From Desulfomonilaceae bacterium (GTDB lineage Bacteria > Desulfobacterota > Desulfomonilia > Desulfomonilales > Desulfomonilaceae), in NCBI GenBank assembly GCA_041740635.1, contig JBGSLQ010000034.1, positions 5,726 through 69,725 on the forward strand: DNA of 64,000 nt, in the 5' to 3' direction. Both the position numbers and the translations under genes were made by a program. Below, in pieces: positions 28,969 to 39,892 of this stretch. Each line of letters opens with the position of its first letter. Position 1 is the stretch's first letter. The notes under the pieces are model-generated. The model was not told where the DNA came from and made no database searches. It saw only the letters and a list, made by a program, of their open reading frames with translations.

Positions 28969-29201
28969 CCATTTTTTGGCCTATTAAATAATTTTATCAA
29001 TTCCTCTGGATCATTCGGAACACTATTGCGCTCTGCATGACCCTTTTTTTACTCTCCTGATGTGGGGAGAGTAGGAACAAAGGTCACAATTCCCCAAGAA
29101 AACAGTTCGCACCTAAAAATAGGGGCTCTCTCAAGGAATGTCTTTCAGGGTACCGGCACACGGATTGACGCCAATTCACAGTCAACGAAGCATCGGGCAT
29201 T

Positions 29202-29987
29202 TTAAGCTGTTCGCGAAACCAGATTCCTAAGGTTCATCCAAAGCTGCCCCAAATACTCATGTATTGCCAATTCCGAACCAAGTAGCGCACTGCCTTCCGG
29301 CAGAAAGCTTCTATACAATTGGGGCGGAGTTTTGGCCTTAAATCCGCAAGGACTGGCAACAGCATTGAGGCCTTTGTTCCGGAATTGCTTCATGGCTCGG
29401 GGAATATGGTAAGCAGAACTCACCAGTGCGAATGTGGAGTCGCCCAGAAATGCCGACACGAATTCAGCCTCGTCCTCTGTATCCCATGCGTTGGCATAGA
29501 TTGTCAAAGCATCGGACTCAACCCCCAGATACATGGGAAAAGACTTCATCGATTCCAAATTGTTACCCGAAACCGGGTGTGCCATTCCGGAAAGAACTAA
29601 TCGGCTTCCGGGAACGCCGTGCCAAAGACGCACTCCTTCCAAAACCCGGTAAATGGAATCTCCGGACTTGTCTGCAGGGGTTAGCTCATCAGTGCTGCCA
29701 ACACCTCCCAATACAACAATATACTGCACGCCATTTGATTTGAGGAAATCAGGATCCTGATACGGCCCGGCTTGAGCCTCCAAACTATATAATAACAAAT
29801 AGGATGTGATCGGTAATGAAAGAACCAACAAGAATGCCGATCCAGCGACGATGAGGAAGGCCCCGGCCCGACTCCAGTGCTTCAACTTCCAGAGAATAAG
29901 GCCGGTGACCACGAGAACGAAAGAAATCCCGACGGGCTGAACCATCGCACTTACTAATTTCTTTAAGACAAAACCTACAAAATCCAT
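29202..29987 (-). CDS. YdcF/ElyC family (DUF218) envelope protein
   Basis: N-terminal TMs, IVVLGG, RVLEGVRL, LVLSG, LVSSAYHIPRA; ATG 29987 preferred. Confidence 0.88.
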   Translation of the reverse strand: MDFVGFVLKKLVSAMVQPVGISFVLVVTGLILWKLKHWSRAGAFLIVAGSAFLLVLSLPITSYLLLYSLEAQAGPYQDPDFLKSNGVQYIVVLGGVGSTDELTPADKSGDSIYRVLEGVRLWHGVPGSRLVLSGMAHPVSGNNLESMKSFPMYLGVESDALTIYANAWDTEDEAEFVSAFLGDSTFALVSSAYHIPRAMKQFRNKGLNAVASPCGFKAKTPPQLYRSFLPEGSALLGSELAIHEYLGQLWMNLRNLVSRTA

Positions 29988-30114
29988 AGATACACCGCCT
30001 GTGATTTTGGCACATTTCTCACGAAATCCCGCTCGTCCGGAAGATGAAGAATTTTCGCGATCCATTCTCCGATACAATGTGTACACCAGTCACTGAGAAG
30101 CTCACAATCCATTT

Positions 30115-31158
30115 TCAAAATTCTTGGGATGGATTCAGAACCAAGCCGAAAAACTCCCCGATTAATCGGAACATTCCAACAGACGTCCCAATACCGTATG
30201 CGCAATGTATCAGGAAGAAACAGAATGGTATCAAAAAAACAGCGAACTTCCGATACCCGCTGAAAGAGGAGGTTTTCTGTGCAGCAAAAATAAAAGCAGC
30301 GAGAAAGTAGACCAGCAGCACAAAACCTAAGAGCCAGCCGGTCAATACCGTGGCTGTGAGAACGGAAAATACCAAAACAAGAAAGAAGAACAATGGTACG
30401 AAATGTCTGAATGAAAAACATCTCGGTTGAATTGCCATTGTGGGGAAAATCCACAGACCGTTGTTGTACATCTGTCTGAGCAGTCCACGAAGAGTACGAC
30501 GTGACAAATAGCGCGATATAATCGTCGGATCGTAGTAAAATCTGAAACCGGCTTTGCGGATCCGATAATGCATTTCGTTGTCTTCATTACGCACCAGGGT
30601 CTCGTTGAACAGCCCTACATTTGCAAAAACGTGTCTTGAATAAGCCGCAAAAGCAAGGGTGTCCACGTATCCTGCGGCCCGTAATTGCCTGAATGGAGCA
30701 CAAGCGGCGCCAAAACGTGATGAAGCAGCAGCGGAGAGAATCAGTTCCCAGATCCCACTCGGCTGCATGTAAACGATGCGGCCTCCAACGACAGACTCTC
30801 CTTTCTCTAATGCTTCGTAATTGCGTGTCAAGAAATCGGTGGGAATTCTGGTATGTGCGTCCAGTCGCAATACGAATCTCCCGGTCGCTGCCTTGATGGC
30901 AAGATTCAAACCTGGAGCTGTGATTTTGTACGGGTTCTGCAGTATGATAATTTTTCTCGGGGAATAATTATCGGCAAAGTCTTTCATCACGTGACCGGTC
31001 CCGTCGACGGAGGCACTATCCACAAGAATTATCTCCGTCCGTTCGGCGGGAAAATCCTGTAAAGTCAAATCCTGAAGCAAATTGATCAGGCATTCACGTT
31101 CATTGTGAACCACGAGAATGATTGAAAATATTATCTCATGGCTATTTGTTTCATCCAT
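30115..31158 (-). CDS. Glycosyltransferase family 2, ExoA-like
   Basis: LVDSASVDGT, RLDAH, FNETLVRNEDNEMHYRI, C-terminal TMs. Confidence 0.92.
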   Translation of the reverse strand: MDETNSHEIIFSIILVVHNERECLINLLQDLTLQDFPAERTEIILVDSASVDGTGHVMKDFADNYSPRKIIILQNPYKITAPGLNLAIKAATGRFVLRLDAHTRIPTDFLTRNYEALEKGESVVGGRIVYMQPSGIWELILSAAASSRFGAACAPFRQLRAAGYVDTLAFAAYSRHVFANVGLFNETLVRNEDNEMHYRIRKAGFRFYYDPTIISRYLSRRTLRGLLRQMYNNGLWIFPTMAIQPRCFSFRHFVPLFFFLVLVFSVLTATVLTGWLLGFVLLVYFLAAFIFAAQKTSSFSGYRKFAVFLIPFCFFLIHCAYGIGTSVGMFRLIGEFFGLVLNPSQEF

Positions 31159-31505
31159 CTCGAACTCCAGACACCGATATTATGATTTATCGCAACAAAA
31201 TGCGGAGGGTATAAAATTTAGTAATTCATACAGATTATGGTCTTGGGCTCTTTTCCGAAGGCCTATGGGCAAATAAAAAGCATTCTCAGATCGCAGCAAT
31301 AAATGGGAGACCCCGTTGAATAGAAAACTTCGGGCATGTTCTCCCCGAATGGCTCCGTATTAATTGGTATTGTGGAAAGTGCCGCTTTGTCCTTAGTATC
31401 TGACGGCTGAAGCCCCGGAAAAGATGACTGCTATATGGAAAAGTAAATGTGACAGGAAAAATATAATATGCAGTGTTCGAGGAAGGATTTCCTTCCCCAT
31501 ATGCA

Positions 31506-32957
31506 TCACACTGACGCTCCAGACCTCGAGGAATTCTCCACCAGTGGTTGTGCCGATTTTGTTAATGCTTGACAACATTCATTGACCACGAATTTAAATT
31601 TTCCGTTGTTTCCTCTGGGAATTGTATCGACTAATTCGATGCGCACGTTTACGCAGCCCACCCGGTCCCGGAAGCGATTCATAATGACCGATTTGTCGGA
31701 ATCATCAAATCCCGCACACGGTACACAACAAATGACAAATTCCTCTGCTTTCAACTGCTTAATTTGCGCTTCCTTTATTCGCAAATTCCCTCTGAACACA
31801 GGGTCAATGAGGCCTATCCTGCGACCGTCCGGAGTAATTATCATGTCTGCAGTCCGGCCTTCGACCTTCTTGATAATCGGCATTGAGCGTCCGCATTCGC
31901 ATTGCCAATCGCGGTCGCCGGCAATCGCCCAATCACCGACACGATATCGAATAAAAATGTTATTTGGATTGAGCAAACCTGTGCACACCAGTTCCCCCGC
32001 TTCACCAGGAGGAACTGCTTCGCCGTTTTGATCGATAAATTCCGTTATGCCTACATCGGGCGAAAGGTGTAAATTGCCGTAAGCGCATTCGTATGCGTGT
32101 GTCACACCTTCAGAACACCCGTATGAGTCACGTGTTTCACATTGAAAAGCTTCCTTGATCCGATCGCGCTGATGAATCAGGTATGGTTCGGCATTTCCGA
32201 TTGCAAAATCAAATTTGATATCTGTCCTATTTCTCTCGAGAGCATGAATGGCAAGAACATCCATTGACGAGCAAAATCCGAGCATATACCGGATTTTTCT
32301 TGCCTTGATCTCATCTAAGTAATAGTCGAGGAATTGTGGGGCAAGATGATAATTCGACATGTAGAGTTGCCTACAGGGTTGGTTCCAAATCCAAAACGGC
32401 GGGTGTTTCCGCTTTTGTGAGATTACCAATTGGCCGCCAATCATGCACCAGTTATCGCCATACTTCACTCCATTCCAACGACGGAGCCTGTATTCAAATA
32501 TGGCAAATAATTCCTGGTACGTGCTGGATGTCCAATAAGTCAATACAGGTTTTCCCGTTGTGCCGCTTGTCTGTTCACAAATCAGTTTTGATGGATTGCA
32601 ATCATCTGCAATGAAATCGCGAGGATTTAGACGAATCACATCTTTTTCGAGAATAGGAAGGATACTTAGATCGTCAATCGATTTGACATCTTCTACAGGA
32701 AAACGTCCGGATGCATGGAGACGCCTATAATACGGTATTCTGGTTACTGCACGTTTTAAGAGGAACATCAACCTGTCATTTTGATATTCTCTCCACTGCT
32801 CTGATGTCCAGCCATCTCTCAGTTCAATGACCGGAACCATTCTTTCCCATAAAGAGCCGTATCTTATCCTTGTCTGATAATATCCGTACAGTGAAGCAGC
32901 AATATTCAATGCACAGGACGGCAGGCCATAATACATTCTGAGAAGAATGTCATTCAT
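31506..32957 (-). CDS. Phenylacetate-CoA ligase / CapK-like adenylate-forming enzyme
   Basis: QTSGTTGKP P-loop, YGCSEG, IRYRVGD, EGRTAD, GKFKFV. Confidence 0.9.
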   Translation of the reverse strand: MNDILLRMYYGLPSCALNIAASLYGYYQTRIRYGSLWERMVPVIELRDGWTSEQWREYQNDRLMFLLKRAVTRIPYYRRLHASGRFPVEDVKSIDDLSILPILEKDVIRLNPRDFIADDCNPSKLICEQTSGTTGKPVLTYWTSSTYQELFAIFEYRLRRWNGVKYGDNWCMIGGQLVISQKRKHPPFWIWNQPCRQLYMSNYHLAPQFLDYYLDEIKARKIRYMLGFCSSMDVLAIHALERNRTDIKFDFAIGNAEPYLIHQRDRIKEAFQCETRDSYGCSEGVTHAYECAYGNLHLSPDVGITEFIDQNGEAVPPGEAGELVCTGLLNPNNIFIRYRVGDWAIAGDRDWQCECGRSMPIIKKVEGRTADMIITPDGRRIGLIDPVFRGNLRIKEAQIKQLKAEEFVICCVPCAGFDDSDKSVIMNRFRDRVGCVNVRIELVDTIPRGNNGKFKFVVNECCQALTKSAQPLVENSSRSGASV

Positions 32958-35122
32958 GATATCTCCTTTCCAATGAGAGAAGATCCGTTCTTTCCATTTC
33001 TACTGGAATAGTAGGCTTGGTAATAATTGTATGCTCGATCGAATGTCGAAACTCTATTCAGAATGACACCTAAAATTCTCGATTTTTGTGTAGAGCGTAT
33101 CATCTCTATCGCTGAGGTCACTTCATGTTCTGTAACATGGCCTTGCCGTGCGAGAAATATAAGTCCGTCCGTAACTCTCGAAAGTATCCGGGTGTCAGGA
33201 AAAGCCAATATGGGCGACGAATCGAAAATGACAACATCGAATTCCTTTCTCAAAATGTTACATACTTCTTTGAGTCTATCGGATCTCAAAAGATTTACTG
33301 GATCAGGAGATAACGGCCCTGCTAACATATAAAATAAATTTGATGGCTTGTGATGGTGAACAACATTCTCGAATGGCATATCAGGCGACTGAAGCAAGTT
33401 CGATAATCCGTCCTCGTTTATTTCGTTAAACATTCTCGAGATCGTCGGTCCTCTCAGATCGGCGTCAATGAGTAATACTTTTTTTGACTTGTCTAAAGCA
33501 TAGGTAAGAGCCAATGACATGGAAGCAAAGCTTTTGCCTTCCTGGGGTATTGCGCTCGACAAAACCCACGTTTTCATGTCCGAATCCTCTGCGACAAACG
33601 AGAGGGAGGTTTGAATGTTTCTGAATGCATTCGACAAGAACGATTGCGGTTCCGAGTGTACCAGAAAAGCTCCTCTGGAAGTGCCATTTTTCAACCTGAT
33701 ACCCACATTGTTCAAATCAGGTATTTTGCCTAATTCGCGAAGATCGAACTGGGTTTCTAATCTCTTGGTGGTTTGAATCGAGTCATCGGTATATTCGCGT
33801 ATAAATGCAACGAGTACGCCTATCAATACTGAAGCTAAGAGCCCAACACTGAGAAACAGGAGTTTGGGAGGCCAGATTGCGCCCGTGTTCAGGGAACCGG
33901 TATCTATTACGTGAATGTCGTTCAAGTTGCTATTTATCCGAATTTGTGTTTCCAAATATTGTTTCAGAAGATTCGAATGCACTTCTCTGTTCATGTTCAC
34001 TTTTCGCATGAGAAGAGCGCTCTGTGAACTCAAAGCATTGACTCGCATTGCTTCCGATTTTATGCCGTCAAGGTACTCTGTTGAAATAAGCTCTTCTTTC
34101 TTGATAGCATCCAATGCTGCGGAAACAGCCTCTTTCTGGGCGTGCTCAATCTTATGTCGTAATTCGGTAATTTGCTTTTGAAGGGTAATTCGTTTGGGGA
34201 ATGCTTCACTATAGAGGGCACCCATGCGGCGATCTTCCACTTCGAGGGTTGCCAACTGCTCCTGCATTTTTTTCACATACTCGCTATTGGGGAGATCTCC
34301 AGGCAACTCATCATTCTTGCCGGTGGATTTATCGTCCAGGGCCTGGTATTTGCCGCGCAATTCTCTGGTTCTCAGCACTGTCTCCATTTGTCTTTTCAAT
34401 TGATCCATAATGGGACCAAATCCACCGTCACTCGATGGAACCAAGCCACTTTTCGACACAAACTTGACAAGTTCGGATTCCGAATCGAAAAGTTTCAACT
34501 CAGATTTTTGCAGCTCTCTTTCAAGGCCGGTTAACGTGTCCTTCAAATCTTTTCTTCTCTGCTCCTGTTGATACGTGACGCATAAATTGAGGAATTGATC
34601 CAAAAGAGTTTTGGCCTGAAACGGATCTTTTGCGTCAAAACTGACCATAATTAAGTTACTTTTATGAATCGGTCGAACGGTAATCCTGTCCAAAACAGTC
34701 TTTATGAACCTATTCTTCTTCTCGATCTCGGCAAATTTCGACGAGTTCGGGGCGTCTTCCGCAGAGAGAAGACCACGCAGACCCGATAGAATTTGGCTTG
34801 GAAGGCCGGGTGAGCTTATAAACTCCGGATCTTCATCCAGCTTCATTTCTGTTACTAGCAACTCTGCTACGCTTGTTGATTTCAATTTGCCCAGGTGCGT
34901 ACTGATTATCGCCTCAGAATTTGCTTCCCCGACCAAGGCATTCGATGTCTCGGGTTTCTTAACGTCTACTTCGAGCATAGCGTATGATCTAAACCATGGG
35001 ACTCGGGAAAAAGTAAATACAACGGTCACTAAGATAAGCCCGCAACTTATACACAAAATCATAAACTTATGTTTTTTTACTACATTCAGCAAAAAGACTG
35101 CATCTTTACCAGAATCATCCAT
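32954..35122 (-). CDS. wzc: Wzc/GumC-type polysaccharide co-polymerase with tyrosine kinase domain
   Basis: Two TMs around a periplasmic coiled coil; SSAIPQEGKS Walker A, LLIDADLRGP, VIFDSSP; C-terminal Tyr cluster YNYYQAYY. Confidence 0.93.
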   Translation of the reverse strand: MDDSGKDAVFLLNVVKKHKFMILCISCGLILVTVVFTFSRVPWFRSYAMLEVDVKKPETSNALVGEANSEAIISTHLGKLKSTSVAELLVTEMKLDEDPEFISSPGLPSQILSGLRGLLSAEDAPNSSKFAEIEKKNRFIKTVLDRITVRPIHKSNLIMVSFDAKDPFQAKTLLDQFLNLCVTYQQEQRRKDLKDTLTGLERELQKSELKLFDSESELVKFVSKSGLVPSSDGGFGPIMDQLKRQMETVLRTRELRGKYQALDDKSTGKNDELPGDLPNSEYVKKMQEQLATLEVEDRRMGALYSEAFPKRITLQKQITELRHKIEHAQKEAVSAALDAIKKEELISTEYLDGIKSEAMRVNALSSQSALLMRKVNMNREVHSNLLKQYLETQIRINSNLNDIHVIDTGSLNTGAIWPPKLLFLSVGLLASVLIGVLVAFIREYTDDSIQTTKRLETQFDLRELGKIPDLNNVGIRLKNGTSRGAFLVHSEPQSFLSNAFRNIQTSLSFVAEDSDMKTWVLSSAIPQEGKSFASMSLALTYALDKSKKVLLIDADLRGPTISRMFNEINEDGLSNLLQSPDMPFENVVHHHKPSNLFYMLAGPLSPDPVNLLRSDRLKEVCNILRKEFDVVIFDSSPILAFPDTRILSRVTDGLIFLARQGHVTEHEVTSAIEMIRSTQKSRILGVILNRVSTFDRAYNYYQAYYSSRNGKNGSSLIGKEIS

Positions 35123-35266
35123 GATAGATCTCCGACCGAGCTTTTTCGCAATTACTACTTCGATTTACTATTTGGTTTAGTACGACCTTCATACGGGTAC
35201 AAATGTTCTTGAATCCTGTAATAGATTTGAATTTTTGGAAAAGTATGACTGGAATCCTCGTTATGC

Positions 35267-36319
35267 TTAGTTTCGAGAGGTTTTCCTTACCGTCCTTGTC
35301 AATCCGGTGAAATAGTGTCCGGACCTTCCTGAAAATAGGCCAAAATCAGCCAGCCCTATAAGAAATCCCAAGGCATATCCGAAATGATAAGCTGCAAAAA
35401 TGATAGGCATGATGGGCAAGTATTTAATTTTGCCCGAGACATTACACGTTAGGACACTCGCAATTAAGGAAGAGCATAGGTATACGGCGATCAAAGCGAT
35501 CAGGATGGGAACACATGCACAATCAATTATTGATAGAAATGCACTTGTCAATAGAGCCAAAGTGAATATTGCAGGAACCAGATGCCGGCCTGCTGCGGAC
35601 GTTTTGTGCTTCTGCATTATTCGCACTTTCCAGTATCCGTATTGTTTGTACTGATTAAACAGCGATATTATGGAATTTCTGGGATAATACCAGGATCGAA
35701 TTGAATTCGATTGGAAAATCTTACCTCCATTTCTGATAATTCTCAGATTCAGCTCATCATCCTGGTTACGTATCAATTCCTCATCAAAATTTCCCATTCT
35801 TGTTAATGTATGCTTATGCCAGCATCCGTAAGGCACGGTATCAACATAGCCTTCATGATGCTCATTGTGAAATTTGGCTCCCCCGGTGCCGAACCTCGAT
35901 TTGTAAGCCAGGCCGATTGCAGCTTGAACATAGCCCATGGCTTTGACGCGGGCGGCGCCTCCCACGTTGTCCGCTCCTGTTCTGAGTAGCTCTTTCAGAC
36001 ACATTTTGATGTAATCCGGAGCGTACTCAGTGTGAACGTCCATTCTCATAATGTAATCGCCGGTCGATTGCATGAGTGCGAGATTTAATCCCTTGGACGT
36101 AGTCTTGCATGGGTTTTCTATCAACACTACTCTTGAATCCTTACGGATGTATTCCCGGATTTTTTCTGTGGTACCATCGTCACTCATGCCATCCACAATG
36201 AGAAATTCTAATTCATCAATTTCTTCGGGGACTTCCTGAAGAAGTACGCTGGCCATGAAAGCATCTATATATTCTACTTCATTTCTACAAGGTACTATTA
36301 TCGAAAGTTTTTCATTCAT
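35267..36319 (-). CDS. Glycosyltransferase family 2, ExoA-like
   Basis: IVDGMSDDGT, RMDVH, VDTVPYG, FDEELIRNQDDELNLRI. Confidence 0.93.
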   Translation of the reverse strand: MNEKLSIIVPCRNEVEYIDAFMASVLLQEVPEEIDELEFLIVDGMSDDGTTEKIREYIRKDSRVVLIENPCKTTSKGLNLALMQSTGDYIMRMDVHTEYAPDYIKMCLKELLRTGADNVGGAARVKAMGYVQAAIGLAYKSRFGTGGAKFHNEHHEGYVDTVPYGCWHKHTLTRMGNFDEELIRNQDDELNLRIIRNGGKIFQSNSIRSWYYPRNSIISLFNQYKQYGYWKVRIMQKHKTSAAGRHLVPAIFTLALLTSAFLSIIDCACVPILIALIAVYLCSSLIASVLTCNVSGKIKYLPIMPIIFAAYHFGYALGFLIGLADFGLFSGRSGHYFTGLTRTVRKTSRN

Positions 36320-36715
36320 GATCTTTGCTTCTCGTGTGATCGCACAGGCGATCAGGGTGGATAATTGAATAGGGATGTGATTCTACATTTGAGGTTTGTA
36401 ACCATTTGAAAGCAAGAACTCACTTCAGGCCTGTTTTGAATGGGTAAGCCCTTCTTTATCGAACAATTAGACCAGGATATTTCCGCACACTGCATGCGAG
36501 ACTTCGATACGTGCCCTAAAAACAAATTGGAGGAGATTTCGGACATACGACGCTGGTCTTAGACCGAATACGAGGCATCTCTTTCAGGCAATTGGCGCGC
36601 AAATCCCTGATCGCAATTAGTTATGAAAACTATTCATATGGATTGCTAAAAACCCCCAAGCTTCGCATTTTCCGTGAAGCCGCATTGGCGATGTATCATG
36701 AAACGTAAGAAGACT

Positions 36716-37273
36716 TTAAGACTGCCGAAAGTATACGACTTCTTCTTCATAACCGGATGAATCGAACGAAAAATTATCTTTAATCACTCTTGCGGGAACG
36801 CCACCCGCAGTCACATCCGACGGCAAGTCTCTTACTACTGCTGAATTCGCAGCAATAGCAACGTTTGAGCCGATTGATACTCCCGGGCAGATAGTACAGT
36901 TCGCTCCTATCCATGTACCTTTGCCGATCCTTATTGGTTTTCTGACTGATTTGCCAAAACGATAACTCCCTGCCCGGGAACGGTGATTCCCGTCTATAAT
37001 GACACTGTGAAAGGCAACCATAACTTCGTCATCTATTTGTATATTCGATGCGGCTAAGATGACCACTCCTGAAGCGCAATATACATCGTTTCCTACGGAA
37101 AGATTTTCTAATCCTCTTATTATTGCAGCATTTGAGACTTGAAAATTCTTGCCTTTGCGATTCATAGCCAAGCCCAACAGCCAGCCTCTGAACCGCATTA
37201 TGTGAGGAATATCAGGCATCCAGAAAGTTATGACAAAAATAAGCCAGCTATACATAATAAGAACTTTGTTCAT
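36716..37273 (-). CDS. Hexapeptide-repeat (LbH) O-acyltransferase
   Basis: IRIGKGTWIGANCTICPGVSIG...IAANSAVVRDLP...GGVPARVI. Confidence 0.92.
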   Translation of the reverse strand: MNKVLIMYSWLIFVITFWMPDIPHIMRFRGWLLGLAMNRKGKNFQVSNAAIIRGLENLSVGNDVYCASGVVILAASNIQIDDEVMVAFHSVIIDGNHRSRAGSYRFGKSVRKPIRIGKGTWIGANCTICPGVSIGSNVAIAANSAVVRDLPSDVTAGGVPARVIKDNFSFDSSGYEEEVVYFRQS

Positions 37274-38454
37274 ATAGTACTCCGAGCAATTTCAGAAGCT
37301 TTGTTCAAGTATTCTAAAATTACCCTAACGTGGGTTTTTACACTTCGGCCTCCTGCAGACCGGCGCGCGTTCTCCATGCATTTTTTTCGTAATGCGGGAT
37401 CTTCGATAAATCTTCTGAGAGCGACAGCAATTTCAACAGGGTCGTTAGGAGGAACGATCAAAGCGCTCTCGGCGTCAACAAATAGATCTCTGGCACTGCC
37501 GACATTTGTAGTAATTATCGGGAGCGAATTTGCAGCCGCCTCTAACAGGCTACGAGCGGCCCCTTCTGTGGCGGATGGGAAAGCGAATATATCAGCCGTC
37601 CGGTATTCTTTATTCAGACCGTCTCCCATGGGCAGATATCCCAAAAATTCTACTGATTTCGCCAGATTTCGCTCACTGACAAGGGATTTCAGGTATGTTA
37701 CATACTGTTCTTCACCCGATCCGACTATACGCAATTTGATGTTGCGATTCTCGGAAATCAGCATACCGACAGCTTCAATGAGGAACTCTACCCGTTTTGG
37801 AGGCCTGAGAAAGCCCACAAACAGGACTGTCGTGCAGTCATGAGAAGAGCTGTCTTTGGGATAAGAAAAGTCCGACTCCTCTAGAACCGAATCAATAATT
37901 ACCTCGCCATGACTTCCACGTACCGCATATCGTTGCTTCAAGTCGGATCCGCTAAAGAGCAGGACCTGAGATCGCACCGCATTCCATGTCAGGAGTTCCT
38001 CCGGGAGAAATAGTAGTCTCCGGAACAACTTGCCCGGCCCGGACCAATCGCTTCTTTCGTAAATACCCGCAATCGGGTCGCCTACAATGTGAAAAACTGC
38101 GCCTATTTTTCTCCTGTTGCAGAGAGGACTCAACATCCATGCACAAGGGTCGAACAGCCGTATATACAATGCGTCGATATCCTCTAAGTTGGCTGAAAAT
38201 AGGCCAAAAACCCTCGGCAAATTTGTCCATGCTCCTGTAAAAGATCCCCATGGAACCGGGATTACTTCCAGATTAGGATGGCTTATGCAATCATCCTGTT
38301 CGGTTCGATTTCCATTTAGAGAAGTGAATAGCTTCAATTTTGCTACGTGATCCAGAAAATGTCGAACATATCGAATATGACAATGTAGACCGCTTAATGT
38401 GGTGCCATCCCAGCAAAGGTCCCAAAGAGCGTATATTCCTATCCGATCTTTCAT
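37270..38454 (-). CDS. Glycosyltransferase family 4
   Basis: LFVGFLRPPKRV, FAFPSATEGAARSLLEAAA..LPIITT. Confidence 0.92.
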   Translation of the reverse strand: MKDRIGIYALWDLCWDGTTLSGLHCHIRYVRHFLDHVAKLKLFTSLNGNRTEQDDCISHPNLEVIPVPWGSFTGAWTNLPRVFGLFSANLEDIDALYIRLFDPCAWMLSPLCNRRKIGAVFHIVGDPIAGIYERSDWSGPGKLFRRLLFLPEELLTWNAVRSQVLLFSGSDLKQRYAVRGSHGEVIIDSVLEESDFSYPKDSSSHDCTTVLFVGFLRPPKRVEFLIEAVGMLISENRNIKLRIVGSGEEQYVTYLKSLVSERNLAKSVEFLGYLPMGDGLNKEYRTADIFAFPSATEGAARSLLEAAANSLPIITTNVGSARDLFVDAESALIVPPNDPVEIAVALRRFIEDPALRKKCMENARRSAGGRSVKTHVRVILEYLNKASEIARSTI

Positions 38455-38493
38455 TCGGCAAATCCTCCTATTCAGATAAGCTTACATGCTTAT

Positions 38494-39846
38494 TTAGGTT
38501 CTGCAGGCAAGAGTCGATTCATCATTAATAACCAAACCAATACATGAACTGATACTATAAATAATCCAATAGTATGGAAAATAAATAAAATCTATGGTCA
38601 GGATGGAAGTAATTATAAGCACACTTAGCCCCAACCCAATTGAAAAGCCTTCTATAACCGCAGAGTTCCCGCATCGGACAACTTTTCCGATCGCCCTGAT
38701 AAAGAGGGAAAGCGGCCACATGGTAACAATTGCAAACAATACTAATCCCGGAAATCCTAATTCCGTCAGCATTGCAAGAAATGAGTTATGCGGATAATAG
38801 AGCTTCGATTCCGATGAAACTGCAATGTTGGTTCGCAAAAAAGCATTACCGAAGTTTCCTATGCCCACACCGGTCCAGGGATTCATGGAGACGATCTCAT
38901 ATCCCGCCGCGAAAAACATCCCACGCGGATCTCCTTCCTGAAACCTTTGTTCCCACATTTGCTTGGATTCAGTAAGCCCTTCTGATGAAAACAGCGCTAA
39001 TCCGATACAAAGAACCAGGACAGCTAGAACTGCAAAATGTATGATACCCTTCATTCCTCGGCTGAGGATAAGGTAACTGAAACTGCACAGCATAATTATG
39101 AGGATTCCCTCCATCACGGCCCCGCGGGAATAAGTCAGATACGTTGCCAATCCTAACGGAACAAAAGCAATGAAACCGATCAGCTTTAGCATAAGTTTCC
39201 GGGAAGCGATGAGCACCACCAATGCAGGAAGAGCAGTAGTGCACATGAATCCTACTGTATTTTTGTCACCAAAAACGTCATCTCCATAGACAAAAGAATA
39301 AAAGGCATGTGTCCCCGACCGGTATTCTGCAAATCCGATAAGAACGGGTATTACCATAAGAAACGGAAGCGTAAATAATCTCTTTGGTATTGATTGCATC
39401 GATAGAGAGAAGAAATTCACCAAGAATACAGTGAATATGAAAAAGAATGAACATTTGAGGACAATTCGAAAAGCCAAATGTGGGTCTTCTGCCCAAAATA
39501 TGCTGATTTGGCTCCAGACCAGCAGGAGAACAAACACAAGAGTGATTGCATACCGGATGTTCGTCCTGTCATGGTATTTCAATAATTCTATGGATTTGAA
39601 CAGCATGTACCCAAGAATTACGATAACGGAAAGAGTGACCTCAAAACCGCCTATCGAAATCTGAAAGAACGGTATAGAAGGAATGGAGGCAAACAGGAGC
39701 AGAAAAAACAGATAATCCAGCCGATTATCACGAAGCTCTGCTTGCTGAGCTTCCTTGTTGGCACTCAGGGCCGCGGACACCGAATTTCCTTCTTCCCGCA
39801 AGTTCCCTGTCATTTGCTCGTCTCTACAAACCTTCTTTAATTTCAA
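38494..39846 (-). CDS. O-antigen ligase / Wzy-like polymerase
   Basis: Multi-TM; TYSRGA, GVGIGNF, PHNSFLAMLTELGFPGL. Confidence 0.88.
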   Translation of the reverse strand: MKLKKVCRDEQMTGNLREEGNSVSAALSANKEAQQAELRDNRLDYLFFLLLFASIPSIPFFQISIGGFEVTLSVIVILGYMLFKSIELLKYHDRTNIRYAITLVFVLLLVWSQISIFWAEDPHLAFRIVLKCSFFFIFTVFLVNFFSLSMQSIPKRLFTLPFLMVIPVLIGFAEYRSGTHAFYSFVYGDDVFGDKNTVGFMCTTALPALVVLIASRKLMLKLIGFIAFVPLGLATYLTYSRGAVMEGILIIMLCSFSYLILSRGMKGIIHFAVLAVLVLCIGLALFSSEGLTESKQMWEQRFQEGDPRGMFFAAGYEIVSMNPWTGVGIGNFGNAFLRTNIAVSSESKLYYPHNSFLAMLTELGFPGLVLFAIVTMWPLSLFIRAIGKVVRCGNSAVIEGFSIGLGLSVLIITSILTIDFIYFPYYWIIYSISSCIGLVINDESTLACRT

Positions 39847-39892
39847 AACATTGACTCCGGCTTAAAAACTCGGATGAAGATTCGATTTAGGG

